In this document: piece by piece, positions 33,891-41,277 of the stretch
Layout: each line of letters starts with the position of its first letter
Position numbering within the stretch: the stretch's first letter is position 1
DNA from: Gammaproteobacteria bacterium
GTDB taxonomy: Bacteria; Pseudomonadota; Gammaproteobacteria; Steroidobacterales; Rariloculaceae
Assembly (NCBI GenBank): GCA_047516145.1
Contig: JAKZVH010000359.1
Location: 1 to 41,277, forward strand
Direction of reading: 5' to 3'
DNA length: 41,277 nucleotides
The notes under the pieces: model-generated
Told to the model about the DNA's origin: nothing
Databases searched by the model: none
The model's input: only the letters and a program-made list of their open reading frames with translations
Made by a program: the position numbers and the translations under genes

Positions 33891-34007
33891 TCTCGGGAAA
33901 ACTTCAGAAAAATATAGCTCAGCGGTATTTCGCCGAAACGGCGGCGATGCAAGAATTGAATCGTACCGAAACGACCTACTGGCAGAATCGCTACCGGGGA
34001 GCCAACG

Positions 34008-34448
34008 ATGAGACATTCGATCGCGACACTATCCGCCGTAACGCTGTCCTTGCAGGTCGCTACGGCACAAGCCCATCACTCCTGGTCCGTGGACTACGAT
34101 ACGCGCAGCTCCATCGTGGTGGAAGGCGTCGTGTCGGAGTACCTGGGTCGCCGGCCCCATCCCTCCATGACCCTTGAAGTGCAGGGCGAGGATGGCACCG
34201 TCGAGCAATGGACCGCCGAATGGAACGGCAGCTTCATTGACGCCTCCGGGCAGTCGTACCAACCGGACGTGTTCGGTCCCGGCGAGACGATCGCCATCAC
34301 CGGACAGCCGCATCGCAACGAAGGCACGAATTTCGTTCGCATTCGATCCGTGGTACGCGAGGCAGACGGCGCAACGTTCGAAAGCCGCCGCCGCGGCGAT
34401 GGCCGCGCCGACGGCCGCGGCAACGATCGGAACCGCCGGAGGCGATAG
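34008..34448 (+). CDS. Small secreted protein, DUF6152-like paralog, with predicted mature N-terminus HHS and an Arg/Gly/Asp-rich tail
   Basis: Signal peptide MRHSIATLSAVTLSLQVATAQA followed by HHSWSVDY..IVVEGVV..PH..EQW. It is alignable by eye with 28663..29061. The C-terminus is RRRGDGRADGRGNDRNRRRR. Confidence 0.7.
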   Translation: MRHSIATLSAVTLSLQVATAQAHHSWSVDYDTRSSIVVEGVVSEYLGRRPHPSMTLEVQGEDGTVEQWTAEWNGSFIDASGQSYQPDVFGPGETIAITGQPHRNEGTNFVRIRSVVREADGATFESRRRGDGRADGRGNDRNRRRR

Positions 34449-34468
34449 CGGTCCGGGAACGCGACCGC

Positions 34469-35482
34469 TCACTCGTCGCCGGAGTCGAGGATCTCCGCCA
34501 CCTCCACCGCCCGGCCTTCCCTGGCAGACCTCACGCCGGCGCGGATCACGGCCAGGGATTCGGTGGCTCGCCGGGCGCCCACCTCGGGCGTGGCCTCGCC
34601 GCGAACGCAGGCGGCGAACTCCTCCAGCTCCTCTACCAGCGTGTCGTTCTTCTCGCAGGGAACGGGTGTGCTTCGGGTACTTCCGCGGCGCAAATGCCGC
34701 AGGCCGCCGAACAGGTCGAAGTAGGCGCTGGCTTCCTTGCCGTAGACGTTCACCATGTAGTACTCCGATGCGGAGGCATAGCTGGCCGTCAGGTTCGAGA
34801 CGGCGCCGCTGTCGTGCTCCAGGATCAGGTTCGCGATATCCGGGTTGTCGCCGGGGAGTACGAGCCGTGCCGTCGTGGCCGAGACGCGCCGCACGGCGCC
34901 GAGGAGCATTTCCAGCACGTCCGTGTAGTGGATCCCGATTTGCAGCATCACGCCACCGGGCATGCCCGCGGACTGATACCTCCACGAACCGGTATCGATC
35001 TTCCCGAGCCGATCCCGGCTGATATTCGCTTCGGCCTGGACCAGACGGCCGAATCGCCCGGCCTCGATCTCGCGCTTGATCCAGCGGAAATGACTTTCGC
35101 GCCGGCGTTGGTAGCCCACCGACAGCACGATTCCGCTGGTCTCCGCGATCCTGGCAATGGCTTTGCCGTCGGCGACGGTGTTGGCGATGGGTTTGTCGAG
35201 AAAAACGTGCTTGCCGGCGGCGGCCGCCAGAGCCACGGTTTCCAGGTGCACGGAATTCGGCGTGGTGTTGACGATTCCCCGGATTGAGTCATCGGCGAGA
35301 ATCGCTTCGTAGCTGGCCGCTGGCCTGCAGCCGTACTTTCGCGCGAACGCGGCGCGCTTGTCCCCGGATCGCGTATAGCAGGCGGCGATCTCGATATCCC
35401 GGGTTCGGCCGGCGGCATCGGCGAGCACGTCCGACCACCACCCCATGCCGAGGGACGCGACACGTACAGGTTCCGCGCTCAT
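34469..35482 (-). CDS. Gfo/Idh/MocA-family NAD(P)-dependent oxidoreductase
   Basis: N-terminal Rossmann segment VRVASLGMGWWSDVLA, then HVFLDKPIA and the typical C-terminal alpha/beta domain. 337 aa. Confidence 0.85.
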   Translation of the reverse strand: MSAEPVRVASLGMGWWSDVLADAAGRTRDIEIAACYTRSGDKRAAFARKYGCRPAASYEAILADDSIRGIVNTTPNSVHLETVALAAAAGKHVFLDKPIANTVADGKAIARIAETSGIVLSVGYQRRRESHFRWIKREIEAGRFGRLVQAEANISRDRLGKIDTGSWRYQSAGMPGGVMLQIGIHYTDVLEMLLGAVRRVSATTARLVLPGDNPDIANLILEHDSGAVSNLTASYASASEYYMVNVYGKEASAYFDLFGGLRHLRRGSTRSTPVPCEKNDTLVEELEEFAACVRGEATPEVGARRATESLAVIRAGVRSAREGRAVEVAEILDSGDE

Positions 35483-35498
35483 TCTTCCTTTCCTTGCG

Positions 35499-36995
35499 TC
35501 AAGACCGGGTCCGCCGGAGCGAACTGACGACGGACCAGATCACCGACACCGCCGAGAGCGCCAGGAAGAGCGCGCTGTACGGCGAGGTGAAGAACACCGA
35601 GACGTCGCCCTGGGACCCGGTCAACGAGATCCGCAGATTCTCCTCCAGTTGCCGGCCGAGCACCAGCGCGAGCAGCAGCGGTACGACCGGCATGTCCAGC
35701 CATTTCATGGTGATCCCCAACAACCCGAATCCGAACATGACATAGACATCGAAGATTGAATTGCGCAAGGAGTAGGCGCCCACGACACACAGGATGGCGA
35801 CGGCGGGCATGAGGATCGCGCGCGGCGCGGCGACGACCTTTACCAGCAGTTTCAGGCCCGCCAGCGCAATGATCAGGTTGAAGACGTTGGCCCAGAAGAA
35901 CGAGAACATCAATCCGTACGCAAAGTCCGCCCGCTCGAGGAACAGCAGCGGCCCGGGCGCCATTCCGTGGGCGAGCAGGGCGCCGATCAGGATGGCGGTG
36001 ACGGGGTCGCCGGGAATTCCCAGCGTCATCATGGGAATCAGGGCGCCGCCGGTGACCGCGTTGTTCGCCGACTCGGGCGCCGCAATGCCCTCTACCGCGC
36101 CGCGACCGAAGGTATCGGTCTGGCGCACGGCCTTCCGGGCGTAGTCGTAACTGATGAACGCCGCAATGGGCCCGCCCACGCCCGGAAGGATACCGAGAAA
36201 CGTGCCCACCGCCGAGCCGATGCCGACGGGCAGGCGGATTCGCCGCAAATCCGCCGCCGAGGGCAGCAGGTTCCCGAAGCGGACAATCGGTGCCCGCGGG
36301 GCGGCTCCCCCGGAGTCGGTTTGGCGCAGGTTCTCGATCAATTGGGGGATGGCGAAGAGGCCGATGAGCGCGGTGAGAAAATGCACGCCGGATAACAGAT
36401 TTGTCTCGCCGAAGGTGAAGCGCGCCGTGCCCATGACCGGGTCCTGGCCGATGGTGACGATGGCCAGACCGATGACCGCCGACAGCAGACCCTTGACCCA
36501 GGATCGGGACGCGAAGGAGCAGATGATGGTGAGACCCAGAAACACCAGGCTGAACAGGTCCGCAGAGCGGAACCCCAGGGCCAGATCGGCCAGGCTGGGC
36601 GCAATCAGAAACAGACACACCGCGCTGAAGAGCCCCCCGCAAAAGCTCGCCAGTACCGCGATGCCGAGCGCCCTTCCCGCCTCGCCGCGAACGACCAGCG
36701 GATAGCCGTCCAGCGCGGTTGCCGCCGCCGACGGCGTGCCGGGAATGTTCAGCAGGATGGCCGAAAAGCTGCCTCCCAGCATCCCGCCGACATAGAGGCC
36801 GAGAAAGAGCCCGATGGACACGTTGGCGTCGAGCACGAAGGTCAGCGGCAGCACGATGATGAGCGCTGCGGAAATTGTCATTCCCGGAATCATCCCGGCA
36901 ATGATGCCCAGCAGGCATCCCAGTGCCGTGGCTGCCAGGCCCGCCGGCTGAATCGCCTGCGCGAAACCCTGTAGCACGTCGCCGCTCACCACCAC
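35499..36995 (-). CDS. tctA: Tripartite tricarboxylate transporter permease, large subunit
   Basis: 498 aa and polytopic. The TctA-type blocks GMIPGMT, LLNIPGTP, ILPGVGGPIAAFISY and MTLGIPGD are present. Confidence 0.9.
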   Translation of the reverse strand: MVVSGDVLQGFAQAIQPAGLAATALGCLLGIIAGMIPGMTISAALIIVLPLTFVLDANVSIGLFLGLYVGGMLGGSFSAILLNIPGTPSAAATALDGYPLVVRGEAGRALGIAVLASFCGGLFSAVCLFLIAPSLADLALGFRSADLFSLVFLGLTIICSFASRSWVKGLLSAVIGLAIVTIGQDPVMGTARFTFGETNLLSGVHFLTALIGLFAIPQLIENLRQTDSGGAAPRAPIVRFGNLLPSAADLRRIRLPVGIGSAVGTFLGILPGVGGPIAAFISYDYARKAVRQTDTFGRGAVEGIAAPESANNAVTGGALIPMMTLGIPGDPVTAILIGALLAHGMAPGPLLFLERADFAYGLMFSFFWANVFNLIIALAGLKLLVKVVAAPRAILMPAVAILCVVGAYSLRNSIFDVYVMFGFGLLGITMKWLDMPVVPLLLALVLGRQLEENLRISLTGSQGDVSVFFTSPYSALFLALSAVSVIWSVVSSLRRTRS

Positions 36996-37438
36996 GAACC
37001 TCCGGGAAGGAGAATCCGAAACCCGGCGGTGAACACCAGGAACAACGCCACCGGAACGGCAATCGCGGTCAGGACGATGACCGGGGTTCTGCGTTCACCG
37101 TAAAGCACCATGAGCTCACCGAAGAACGGCACGCCGGCGACGGCGAATCCGGCGTAGGGGAGCACCGCGAGAAAGGCGGCGAACCCGCCCAGCGCGAGCC
37201 AGCCGCGCGGCGGCATGCGGTAGCCGTCGGTCGTGCGGCGTTGGCCGCGAAGCGTCAGGAATCCGCGCAGCGCGAGCGTCGCGGACAAGCCGAGCAGCCC
37301 GATGACAATAAGAGTTGGAAAGAACGCCGGACCCGGCGTGTCGGGCAGGCTCCGGTCCGGCAGCATCGTGATGGCCCAGGCGTATCCCGCGCCCACGGCC
37401 AGGAGAACGGCGCCGGCGAGCAGGTTGCGATTGCCCAC
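36986..37438 (-). CDS. tctB: Tripartite tricarboxylate transporter small subunit
   Basis: Only the C-terminal ~150 aa of ORF 36986..38383 are hydrophobic and TctB-like (NLLAGAVLLAVGAGYAW..FFPTLIVIGLLGL..). The GTG at 37438 is preceded by TAGGAG, which spans the tctC stop. The rest of that ORF overlaps tctC. Confidence 0.75.
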   Translation of the reverse strand: MGNRNLLAGAVLLAVGAGYAWAITMLPDRSLPDTPGPAFFPTLIVIGLLGLSATLALRGFLTLRGQRRTTDGYRMPPRGWLALGGFAAFLAVLPYAGFAVAGVPFFGELMVLYGERRTPVIVLTAIAVPVALFLVFTAGFRILLPGGSWW

Positions 37439-37449
37439 GGCGCAGGCTC

Positions 37450-38442
37450 CTAGCGGATTCCCGCGCCCGAACTCCCCATGATCGCCTTGACCTTGGCGTC
37501 TTCCCGGGACAGCAGCGCTGCGAACGCTTCGCCGGACATCGGCGCAACGGTCAGACCCAGGTCGCCGGCCAGTTCCTGGAACGCATCCGAGGCTGCCGCT
37601 TCGGCCATGGCGGCCGCGAGCCTCGCCTGGATCTCGGCGGGTGTGTCGGTGGGGACCGAGAGGCCGCGAAAGAGATCGAACTCGACGTCGAATCCAAGCT
37701 CCGTGGCCGTGAGCACGTCCGGGATAACCGCGTTGCGCTGCGCGCCAAGGCTCGCGAGCAGCCTCAGCCGGCCCGCCCGCGCCAGGTTCAGGGCACCGGT
37801 GAGCGGTGCAACCATCGCATCCGCCTCGCCGCTCAACACGGTGGCGTTTCGCCTGCGGGTACCGATGGGCAGGTGCACCGCCTCGCAATCCATGGCTTGA
37901 ACGAGCGCCAACGCAGCCAGGTGCGTCGTGCTGCCGGTACCGGAGTTGGCTATTTTCACCGGACCGGCGCGCTCGGCGCAGTCGCCGGCCAGGGACTCGA
38001 AGTTGCTCCAGGGCGCGTTCGCGGCCACCGCGAACACCAGCGGCTGGTGCTCCACGCGGCCGATGTGGTCCAGGGCATCGTAGCCGAAGGAGACGTTGCC
38101 CAGGTTGGTGAGGGTGAGGATCGAAGTGGACGTCCACATCACCGTGTAGCCGTCCGGGTCGGCCTCGTTGACGTAGCTGTAGGCAAGTGCGCCGCCGGCG
38201 CCGGGCCGGTTGACGGGCGCCACGGTCACGCCGAGGATCGCGCCCATCTCGTCGGCGAGCAGGCGGCCCTCGATGTCGGCGCTGCCGCCGGCATCGAAGG
38301 GAATCACGAATTCGATGGTTCGCTGCGGATACTGCGCGAGGACCCCTGGAGCACACAGCCCCAGCAGTAGCGTTAGCCCGCATCCCTCACCGATCTTCGT
38401 CGCGAGGGCGCGGAGGCGCCGCGGTGACGGGGCGTACGCCAT
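37450..38442 (-). CDS. tctC: Tripartite tricarboxylate transporter substrate-binding protein (Bug/TctC family)
   Basis: Signal peptide ..GLTLLLGLCAPGVLA-QYPQRTIEFVIPFDAGGSADIEGR, NRPGAGG, and GTGSTTHLAA. ORF 37450..38544 was trimmed to the ATG at 38442. Confidence 0.88.
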   Translation of the reverse strand: MAYAPSPRRLRALATKIGEGCGLTLLLGLCAPGVLAQYPQRTIEFVIPFDAGGSADIEGRLLADEMGAILGVTVAPVNRPGAGGALAYSYVNEADPDGYTVMWTSTSILTLTNLGNVSFGYDALDHIGRVEHQPLVFAVAANAPWSNFESLAGDCAERAGPVKIANSGTGSTTHLAALALVQAMDCEAVHLPIGTRRRNATVLSGEADAMVAPLTGALNLARAGRLRLLASLGAQRNAVIPDVLTATELGFDVEFDLFRGLSVPTDTPAEIQARLAAAMAEAAASDAFQELAGDLGLTVAPMSGEAFAALLSREDAKVKAIMGSSGAGIR

Positions 38443-38458
38443 CAGGGCAAACCCCTCG

Positions 38459-38908
38459 CTAACCCGGCGGCCGGGCAGCGCCGATGGCGTCGAGCGCCAC
38501 TTCGGCAATGCGCTGGTCTTCTTCCCAGGTCGCGCCGGCAACACCGATTGCGCCCACGCATTCGCCGTCCACCATGACGGGAATCCCGCCTTCCATGGCT
38601 GTCCAACGCCCGGGTCCCGCCGCCAGAGTCAGACCCACCGCGTGCAGAAGGTCCAGATGCTGTCCCTCGGCCCCACGGGTTGTCGTCGGCCGCCGGTTGG
38701 ACGCGGCGCAGGCCGCCTTGGTGAGAGAGGAGTGCACGGTATGGAATCGTCCGCCGTCCATCCGCTCCAGTACCAGCAGGTGACCGCCGGAATCCACGAT
38801 CGCGATCGTCACCGCAAACCCCAGGGCACTGGCCTCGGCGGTGGCCGCCGCCATCATCGTCTTCGCGCCCTGCGTGGTCAGACGCTTGCTGGGGGCGAGC
38901 GAGGTCAT
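38459..38908 (-). CDS. GlcG/HbpS-like (DUF336) heme-binding-type protein
   Basis: 149 aa. AVTIAIVDSGGHLLVLERMDG.., GGIPVMVDGECVGAIGVAG and EEDQRIAE are typical of the GlcG family. Confidence 0.8.
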   Translation of the reverse strand: MTSLAPSKRLTTQGAKTMMAAATAEASALGFAVTIAIVDSGGHLLVLERMDGGRFHTVHSSLTKAACAASNRRPTTTRGAEGQHLDLLHAVGLTLAAGPGRWTAMEGGIPVMVDGECVGAIGVAGATWEEDQRIAEVALDAIGAARPPG

Positions 38909-39702
38909 GACGTTGCCAGGTTCACCCCGCGAATGATGTAGCCCCCGGAGCGCTCGTCCAGTTCCAGTTCCATCTGGCCGCGGTCGCGGGCCTCCTCGAG
39001 CAGGCGGCTGAACGAATCGAAACCGTAGTAGCTTTCGCTGAAGCCGGGACTGCGGCGCTTCAGGGCCTGCTTGACCATGGAGCCCCAGAGTTTTCCCTCG
39101 TCGCCGCGCTCCGCATGGAGGGCCTCCGCCGTTTCAAGCGTGAGGTCGATGCCCTCCTGCATGCGATCCTTGGTCGGGGTCTTTTTCTTTCGGGTCGAGG
39201 TCGCGCTCGACGTCCGGCGCTGTTCCTTTTCGCGAATGAGATCGTCGTAGTAGATAAACTCGTCGCAGGTGTTGATCAGGAGATCCGACGTCGAGTTCTT
39301 CACGCCCACACCGATCGCGGTCTTGGCATTCTCGCGCAACTTGCTGACCAGCGGCGAAAAGTCGGAATCGCCGCTGATGATGACGAAGGTGTTGACATGG
39401 GACTTGGTGTAGCAAAGGTCGAGCGCATCGACCACCATGCGGATATCGGCCGAGTTCTTGCCGGATTGGCGCAGGTGCGGGATGTCGATGAGTTCGAAAT
39501 TGGCCTCGTGCATCACGACCTTGAAATCCTTGTAGCGGTTCCAGTCGCAGTAGGCTTTCTTGACGACGATACTGCCCTTGACCAGGAGGCGCTCAAGGAC
39601 CCTGTTGATGTCGAACTTCGCGTAGCGGGCATCTCGAACCCCAAGGGCGATATTCTCGAAATCGCAGAACAGGGCGAGGTTGTTGTCGACCGGATTGACC
39701 AT
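38905..39702 (-). CDS. NYN-domain (LabA-like) protein with a C-terminal OST-HTH/LOTUS domain
   Basis: NYN core: LALFCDFENI.., KAYCDW, SGKNSADIRMVVDA, FVIISGDSDFSPLV. A basic linker follows, then a LOTUS-like segment WGSMVKQALKRRSPGFSESYYGFDSFSRLLEEA. Its stop overlaps the GlcG ATG (ATGA at 38905-38908). Confidence 0.88.
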   Translation of the reverse strand: MVNPVDNNLALFCDFENIALGVRDARYAKFDINRVLERLLVKGSIVVKKAYCDWNRYKDFKVVMHEANFELIDIPHLRQSGKNSADIRMVVDALDLCYTKSHVNTFVIISGDSDFSPLVSKLRENAKTAIGVGVKNSTSDLLINTCDEFIYYDDLIREKEQRRTSSATSTRKKKTPTKDRMQEGIDLTLETAEALHAERGDEGKLWGSMVKQALKRRSPGFSESYYGFDSFSRLLEEARDRGQMELELDERSGGYIIRGVNLATS

Positions 39703-39766
39703 GGCATTATTGGGCTGAAGCCCGTTCCAGGAGGGTTCCAGGCTCGGATTCTACCTGTGTGGCGCG

Positions 39767-39790
39767 AAAATCTCCCGGATTTGCCGGGTG
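39767..39790 (-). terminator. Weak intrinsic-terminator-like hairpin downstream of the sco gene
   Basis: The minus strand reads CCCGG-CAAAT-CCGGG-AGA-TTTT. The stem is only 5 bp, so confidence is low. Confidence 0.3.
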
Positions 39791-39820
39791 GGTGGAACCC
39801 GGATCGGCGACGGATCCAGG

Positions 39821-40402
39821 TCAGATGATCTCCCGAATCCTCTCGGCCATGCCCGCGGTGTCCGCCGAGCCCGGCAGAAAATCGACGATCCGGCTGAACG
39901 GGTCAAGGATGTAGACCATGGTGGAGTGCGTGATCTGGTATTTGCCCCTTCGATCGTCCGGAAGGTCTTCCAGCAGGGTCTTGAAGGAGTCGGCAGCCCC
40001 TTCGAGCGCCGCGCGCGAACCGGTCAACCCGACAAAGCGTTCGTCGAAGAATCCCAGAAACTCCGCCACCTTTTCCGGCGAATCCCGCTCGGGGTCCACG
40101 GAAATGAATACCGGCGTGATGCGCGAGCCGTGGCCGGTTCGATCGAGTTCCGCCATCACCAGGCTCAGTTTCGTCATCTGCGCCGGGCAGATGTCATGGC
40201 AACTGGTGAAACCGAAGAACACCATCAGATGCCGGCCGCCCAACTGGTCCTGGGTAACGATCCGCCCGGTGTGATCGGTCAGCCGGAATTGCACCCGGGA
40301 GTCATCGTCGTAGCGCCAGACGGTCAAGGCGAACGACGCGACAATTGCCCCGAGAATGACAAGGAAAAGAAATGCCGTTTTCGTGGCGGGAGATGCGTTC
40401 AC
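39821..40402 (-). CDS. SCO1/SenC-family copper chaperone (thioredoxin fold)
   Basis: N-terminal TM anchor, the CxxxC motif FGFTSCHDICP, and a downstream His in QITHST. Confidence 0.9.
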   Translation of the reverse strand: MNASPATKTAFLFLVILGAIVASFALTVWRYDDDSRVQFRLTDHTGRIVTQDQLGGRHLMVFFGFTSCHDICPAQMTKLSLVMAELDRTGHGSRITPVFISVDPERDSPEKVAEFLGFFDERFVGLTGSRAALEGAADSFKTLLEDLPDDRRGKYQITHSTMVYILDPFSRIVDFLPGSADTAGMAERIREII

Positions 40403-40450
40403 GTCGGTTCCTGGGTCATGGGCCGGGTTGTATCGGGGACCGCCTTGTCG

Positions 40451-41272
40451 CTAGCGATGGGATGAGGATGAAATGCGGGCGTGCGCACCGGCCTTGGCTT
40501 GAGCCGAGCGGCGACCGCCCGTGGCGTACCAATAGCCGAGCCCCATCAGGACGCTGCCGCCGATGATGTTGCCGACGGTGACCCAGAGCAGGTTGTGCGC
40601 CATGCCGGCGACGCTGATGGTGTCCGGGTGATCGCCCAGGAGCGAGATCGACAGCAACGTCATGTTGGCGACGCTGTGTTCGAAACCGCTCGCGATAAAG
40701 GCAAACAGGCACCAGAAAATGACGATCGCCTTGGTGGCATCGCTGTCGGTCCGCGCGGCCATCCAGAGCGCCAGGCACACCAGCCAATTGCAAAGCGTGG
40801 CCCGTGCGATCAGCGCGGGAATGGAAGAATTCATCTTGCTCGCCGCGATGTCGTAGAGCAGTTGAGACCCGTCGGCCAACATGACGCCACCGCCGCCGGC
40901 AGCGAACAGCAGCGCCAGCCCGACGGAACCGATCAGGTTGAAGACCCATGACGCGGCCCAGACTCTGCCGAGATCCCCCAACGTGGTTTGACCCTTGAGG
41001 CAGCCGAACACCATGTACATGGTGTGTCCGGTGAAGAGTTCCGAACCGGCAAAGACCACCAGCGTCAGGGCGATGCCGAAGGAAACGCCCATGACGAGCT
41101 TCTGCCACGCCGGATCGAGCGTGCCGCCCACGGAGAAAATCAGGATGATGCCGATGCCCACGTAGGCGCCGGCCATGAGCGATCCGACGAAGAAAGCCAG
41201 CGGAGACTCGGACAGCATCGCGGCCTTTTCCCGTGCCAGATTTCCGAAGTGGTCAATCGTGTTCTGGTACAT
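40451..41272 (-). CDS. Formate/nitrite transporter (FNT) family channel
   Basis: FNT signatures FAGSELFTGH and ASGFEHSVANM. 273 aa with six TM-like segments. Confidence 0.9.
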   Translation of the reverse strand: MYQNTIDHFGNLAREKAAMLSESPLAFFVGSLMAGAYVGIGIILIFSVGGTLDPAWQKLVMGVSFGIALTLVVFAGSELFTGHTMYMVFGCLKGQTTLGDLGRVWAASWVFNLIGSVGLALLFAAGGGGVMLADGSQLLYDIAASKMNSSIPALIARATLCNWLVCLALWMAARTDSDATKAIVIFWCLFAFIASGFEHSVANMTLLSISLLGDHPDTISVAGMAHNLLWVTVGNIIGGSVLMGLGYWYATGGRRSAQAKAGAHARISSSSHR

Positions 41273-41277
41273 GCGCG

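Noticed and set aside
33915-33975. The tRNA-like string tagctcagcggt (resembling a D-arm) and gaattgaatc (vaguely resembling a T-loop) in the spacer before 34008.
   Set aside because: No complementary D-stem 3' half (GAGC), no acceptor stem, no anticodon arm and no GGTTCGAATCC-type T-loop could be built. This is most likely chance similarity in promoter DNA.
1-41277. CRISPR arrays, rRNA or tRNA genes, IS elements or prophage genes anywhere in the window.
   Set aside because: No intergenic region exceeds about 460 nt. The only tandem repeat (1-63) is coding and in-frame. No repeat-spacer periodicity or transposase-like or integrase-like translation was seen.

Overview
This is a visibly GC-rich chromosomal segment from a diderm bacterium, judged from its two TonB-dependent receptors, a lipobox and Sec signal peptides. 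It is densely coding and almost all genes are on the minus strand. All family calls come from motif recognition in the supplied translations; no BLAST or HMM search was run.

Content from left to right:
1. The 3' end of a DUF1640-like coiled-coil gene carrying a perfect 21-bp tandem repeat.
2. An 11-gene, roughly 11.4-kb heme biosynthesis chain (193-11629): hemA-hemC-hemD-hemB-hemL-[histidine kinase]-[OmpR-type regulator]-hemE-hemQ/chdC-hemH-[flavin amine oxidase-family gene]. Nearly every junction is a 4-nt A/GTGA stop/start overlap.
3. Two MBL-fold hydrolases flanking a small membrane protein.
4. A BrnT/BrnA toxin-antitoxin pair on an AT-rich promoter island.
5. A cobalamin module: cobO, then a textbook cobalamin riboswitch followed by btuB-btuF-btuC-btuD-cobQ and an APH-fold kinase.
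6. A di-heme cytochrome c peroxidase.
7. A minus-strand envelope cluster: mgtE, an MscS channel, three secreted proteins of unknown function, a second TonB-dependent receptor broken by a single in-frame TAG, and a YdgA-like protein.
8. A divergent pair of small secreted DUF proteins.
9. NYN/OST-HTH-GlcG-TctC-TctB-TctA-Gfo/Idh/MocA.
10. A Sco copper chaperone and a formate/nitrite-family channel.

No rRNA, tRNA, CRISPR array, transposase or integrase was recognised.

The most unusual items are:
- the translationally chained heme super-operon with an embedded two-component system;
- a monoamine-oxidase-like flavoprotein sitting exactly where the only missing pathway enzyme (CgoX/HemY) should be;
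- the unknown secreted-protein/TonB-receptor cluster, whose small paralogs are predicted to mature with an N-terminal His-His.
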